Shown piece by piece: positions 61,836 through 64,000 of a stretch of 64,000 bases of DNA (positions are counted from its first letter, which is position 1; each line of letters begins with the position of its first letter). The position numbers and the translations under genes are program-made. Origin of the DNA: Rhodospirillales bacterium (GTDB lineage Bacteria > Pseudomonadota > Alphaproteobacteria > Rhodospirillales > Casp-alpha2); NCBI GenBank assembly GCA_028825025.1, contig JAPKAX010000001.1, positions 2,426 to 66,425 on the forward strand, given 5' to 3'. The notes beneath the pieces were generated by a model. It was not told the DNA's origin. It worked only from the letters and a program-made list of their open reading frames with translations, and did not search any database.

Positions 61836-62774
61836 ATGGCAAAGTTTAAACACTTACCAACCTTGACCCAACTACGCCACTTGATTGCCCTAAATGAGCA
61901 TCAACACTTTGGCCGCGCGGCTGAGGCGTGTTTCATTATGCAATCAAGCTTGAGCACCAGCATCAAAGAATTAGAACGAACGCTGGGTCAGCCCTTAGTC
62001 GAGCGCACAAAACGTAAAGTAATGATGCTGCCGTTGGGTATTGAAGTCACAGATCGGGCTCGTCATGTGGTGCGGAATGTGGAAGATATTTCCGATTTGG
62101 CGAATGCCGCCAGCGCTCCTTTAAGCGCCCCCATTCGGTTAGGTGTCATTCCATCCATCGCCCCGTTCTTATTACCCCGCGTTTTACCCGCCCTAAAAAA
62201 AGTCTACCCACATTTAAAACTGTATTTGAGGGAAGCCCAATCAGCGCCTTTGGTTCGTCAGTTAGAAGACGGCGAATTGGATCTTTTGTTGTTAGCATTT
62301 CCGTATTCAACACATGATTTGGAATGTAACATTTTTGCCGAAGATCCATTCTGGATCGCCTTCCCAAAAGGACACCCTTACAACCATAAAGAACACATCC
62401 TCATTCACGACTTAGACCTTGAAAACTTAATGCTTTTAGAAGAGGGGCATTGTTTGCGGGATCAAGCGCTGAGCGCTTTCGGACCTGTCCCCCCCCAAAT
62501 TCAAAACGACTTTCAAGCATCAAGCCTGCACACATTGGTACAAATGGTTGATAACGGCTTAGGCTTAACGGTGTTGCCCAAAATGGCGGTGGATACGGGG
62601 GTTACCAAGTCAACGCGGGTTCAAGTACGCCCGTTGGATGGGCCCCATACATCTCGGCAAATTGGCCTTACATGGCGAAAAACATCAGCCCGGAAAGCCG
62701 AATACGAGCACTTAGCTGGTTTTTTCAGAGATGAACTTGCAACCCCGTTGAGCCCCAAAAAGCAGCGAGGCTAA
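61836..62774 (+). CDS. oxyR: LysR-family hydrogen-peroxide sensor OxyR
   Basis: 312 aa. wHTH LRHLIALNEHQHFGRAAEACFIMQSSLSTSIKELE, and the sensing motif LLEEGHCLRDQAL. Divergent peroxiredoxin neighbour. Confidence 0.8.
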   Translation: MAKFKHLPTLTQLRHLIALNEHQHFGRAAEACFIMQSSLSTSIKELERTLGQPLVERTKRKVMMLPLGIEVTDRARHVVRNVEDISDLANAASAPLSAPIRLGVIPSIAPFLLPRVLPALKKVYPHLKLYLREAQSAPLVRQLEDGELDLLLLAFPYSTHDLECNIFAEDPFWIAFPKGHPYNHKEHILIHDLDLENLMLLEEGHCLRDQALSAFGPVPPQIQNDFQASSLHTLVQMVDNGLGLTVLPKMAVDTGVTKSTRVQVRPLDGPHTSRQIGLTWRKTSARKAEYEHLAGFFRDELATPLSPKKQRG

Positions 62775-62848
62775 TGCTTACCCAATGATCAATCAAGAGC
62801 CGACAACTATAAACCATTGAAACAAAACACATAAATTTTTCATTTTTC

Positions 62849-62877
62849 TTGCACAAATTTAAAACATCCGTTATCAT
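62849..62877 (+). promoter_or_regulatory. Candidate sigma-70-type promoter for the mini-ORF
   Basis: TTGCAC (62849-62854), a 17-nt spacer, then TATCAT (62872-62877), about 75 nt upstream of the ATG at 62954. Confidence 0.35.
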
Positions 62878-62953
62878 TTCTTGCTGGGCCTTAGGAAATC
62901 ATTAGAATTTTCAAGTCCAACAGGGAATACAAACAGAAGGGGGGAAGCACTTA

Positions 62954-63130
62954 ATGTCTTTCAGCAAATCTTCGACGAGCAAGCCAGAGCCGGAAACAGC
63001 TCCGGTTATTAAGAAACGCAAATGCCTAATGTGCACCAAAGACTTCACTTCTCAACACCTAGGCGAGCGGGTCTGCACCAATTGCAAAAGCACATCCGCA
63101 TGGCGTGAAAGCGGCTATTACGCGGCTTAA
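62954..63130 (+). CDS. 58-aa zinc-ribbon mini-protein (below the ORF-track cutoff)
   Basis: ATG at 62954 is preceded by GAAGGGGGGAAG. Translation: MSFSKSSTSKPEPETAPVIKKRKCLMCTKDFTSQHLGERVCTNCKSTSAWRESGYYAA*. It has a CxxC-X14-CxxC spacing and a basic linker. Confidence 0.55.
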   Translation: MSFSKSSTSKPEPETAPVIKKRKCLMCTKDFTSQHLGERVCTNCKSTSAWRESGYYAA

Positions 63131-63189
63131 TGACAATCCCCGTTCATCCTGTTTCCAACTTATATACGATTGAGAGACCGATAGCGTAA

Positions 63190-63888
63190 TCAGCTCGTTG
63201 TCAAAATGAACTGATTTGCATCCGCCATGTGCCCCGGCAATGCGCGCTGTAGCACCCGTGCGACATCAATAACATATTCCGTTGCCGGCTTTGAGTATCG
63301 TTGCGTTGATTTCAAATATTTAGCGATACCGGGCTGATCGACAACGCGTTCATTCAGCGCCTTGATATGCGGGGTCGTTTCCAAAATAGCTGGGCACCAT
63401 TCCAAATATCCTGATAACGCTTCAGCCAAAACTACGTCTGGAAACGAAAGGCGTGAACCGGCACAAACGCCATTACCATTTGCAGCCAAATGCGCTTCAA
63501 ATTTTGGCCCAAACTTTTGGAACTTATCATTCAAGTTTGCAATTGTGACTTCGGCTGTCGGCTGGAAGGCCGCCTGAAGCCCGGTTTCAGCGAAATCAGC
63601 AACGGCCCCAGCGAACATATCGCACATCACCGCATCCTGATCGTTGTCTCCATAAAACCCACCAAGCCGTGCTAAATAACGGATCATTGCTGCCGACTGG
63701 CTTAGGCATAATCCATTGATTTCAAGCAGTGGCATTTGGTCAAACGGCAGTTTTCCTGTCAATCGAAGGCTTGCGAGCTCTTGTGGCGTCGTCACTTGAA
63801 CGTTTGTAAATTGAATTTCATTCATGGCAAGCATCCAGCGTGTCGTTTCAGCTCGGCCACGACCTTTGAAATAAGTAAGCTCAGCCAT
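63190..63888 (-). CDS. Glutathione S-transferase family protein
   Basis: ATG at 63888 is preceded by AAGGA. MAELTYFKGRGRAETTRWMLA...FDQMPLLEINGL.LSQS.A..RYLA resembles sigma/alpha-like GST N-domains. Confidence 0.8.
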   Translation of the reverse strand: MAELTYFKGRGRAETTRWMLAMNEIQFTNVQVTTPQELASLRLTGKLPFDQMPLLEINGLCLSQSAAMIRYLARLGGFYGDNDQDAVMCDMFAGAVADFAETGLQAAFQPTAEVTIANLNDKFQKFGPKFEAHLAANGNGVCAGSRLSFPDVVLAEALSGYLEWCPAILETTPHIKALNERVVDQPGIAKYLKSTQRYSKPATEYVIDVARVLQRALPGHMADANQFILTTS

Positions 63889-63949
63889 GTTTTTTTCCTT
63901 CAAATAATGTTTGTATATAAAGATAGCGCTCAGAATTAAGTTCTATTTA

Positions 63950-64000
63950 CTAGATGCGCACGAACTCGGCTAGCAAATCTTCAATGATTTTTCCTTGTTT
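63950..64000 (-). CDS. 3' end of an unidentified gene running off the window
   Basis: The minus frame is open from the window edge: KQGKIIEDLLAEFVRI* with the stop at 63950-63952. Too short to identify. Confidence 0.25.
   Translation of the reverse strand, partial: KQGKIIEDLLAEFVRI

Overview
The window looks like an alphaproteobacterial chromosome segment with moderate GC (judged by eye, not computed). The taxonomic call rests on an RlmE with a long basic N-terminal extension, ppx-rlmE-guaB-rsmB synteny, a divergent Prx5/oxyR pair, and a five-step hut pathway with hutF and hutG. I count about 45-48 apparently intact protein genes. They include housekeeping genes (recQ, hpt, cspA, trhO, ppx, rlmE, guaB, rsmB, prx, oxyR) and catabolic or transport modules. 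The modules are an IclR / CoA-acylating aldehyde dehydrogenase / succinyl-CoA-synthetase-like alpha-beta operon, a PF04392-type ABC importer, hut and iol remnants, an IlvD/Edd dehydratase, uronate dehydrogenase and three GSTs. The dominant signal is gene decay. About twenty gene remnants carry frameshifts, in-frame nonsense codons or truncations. Every two-component, chemotaxis, cyclase and PAS signalling gene in the window is broken, and so are hutU, hutI and iolD. One small IS1595-family (IS1016-like) element has perfect 18-bp inverted repeats and an 8-bp target duplication, but its transposase is itself broken. By eye I found no rRNA, tRNA or CRISPR array. I also found no convincing new multi-gene system such as a defence island. 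The best leads are: (1) the sensory-biased pseudogenisation; (2) the half-dead hut locus with a perfect HutC-type palindrome; (3) the acylating-ALDH plus ADP-forming-ligase operon of unknown substrate; (4) a duplicated gene terminus with a 3 x 25-bp tandem repeat; (5) an unannotated zinc-ribbon mini-ORF. All functional calls come from motif recognition in the translated ORFs, not from database searches.
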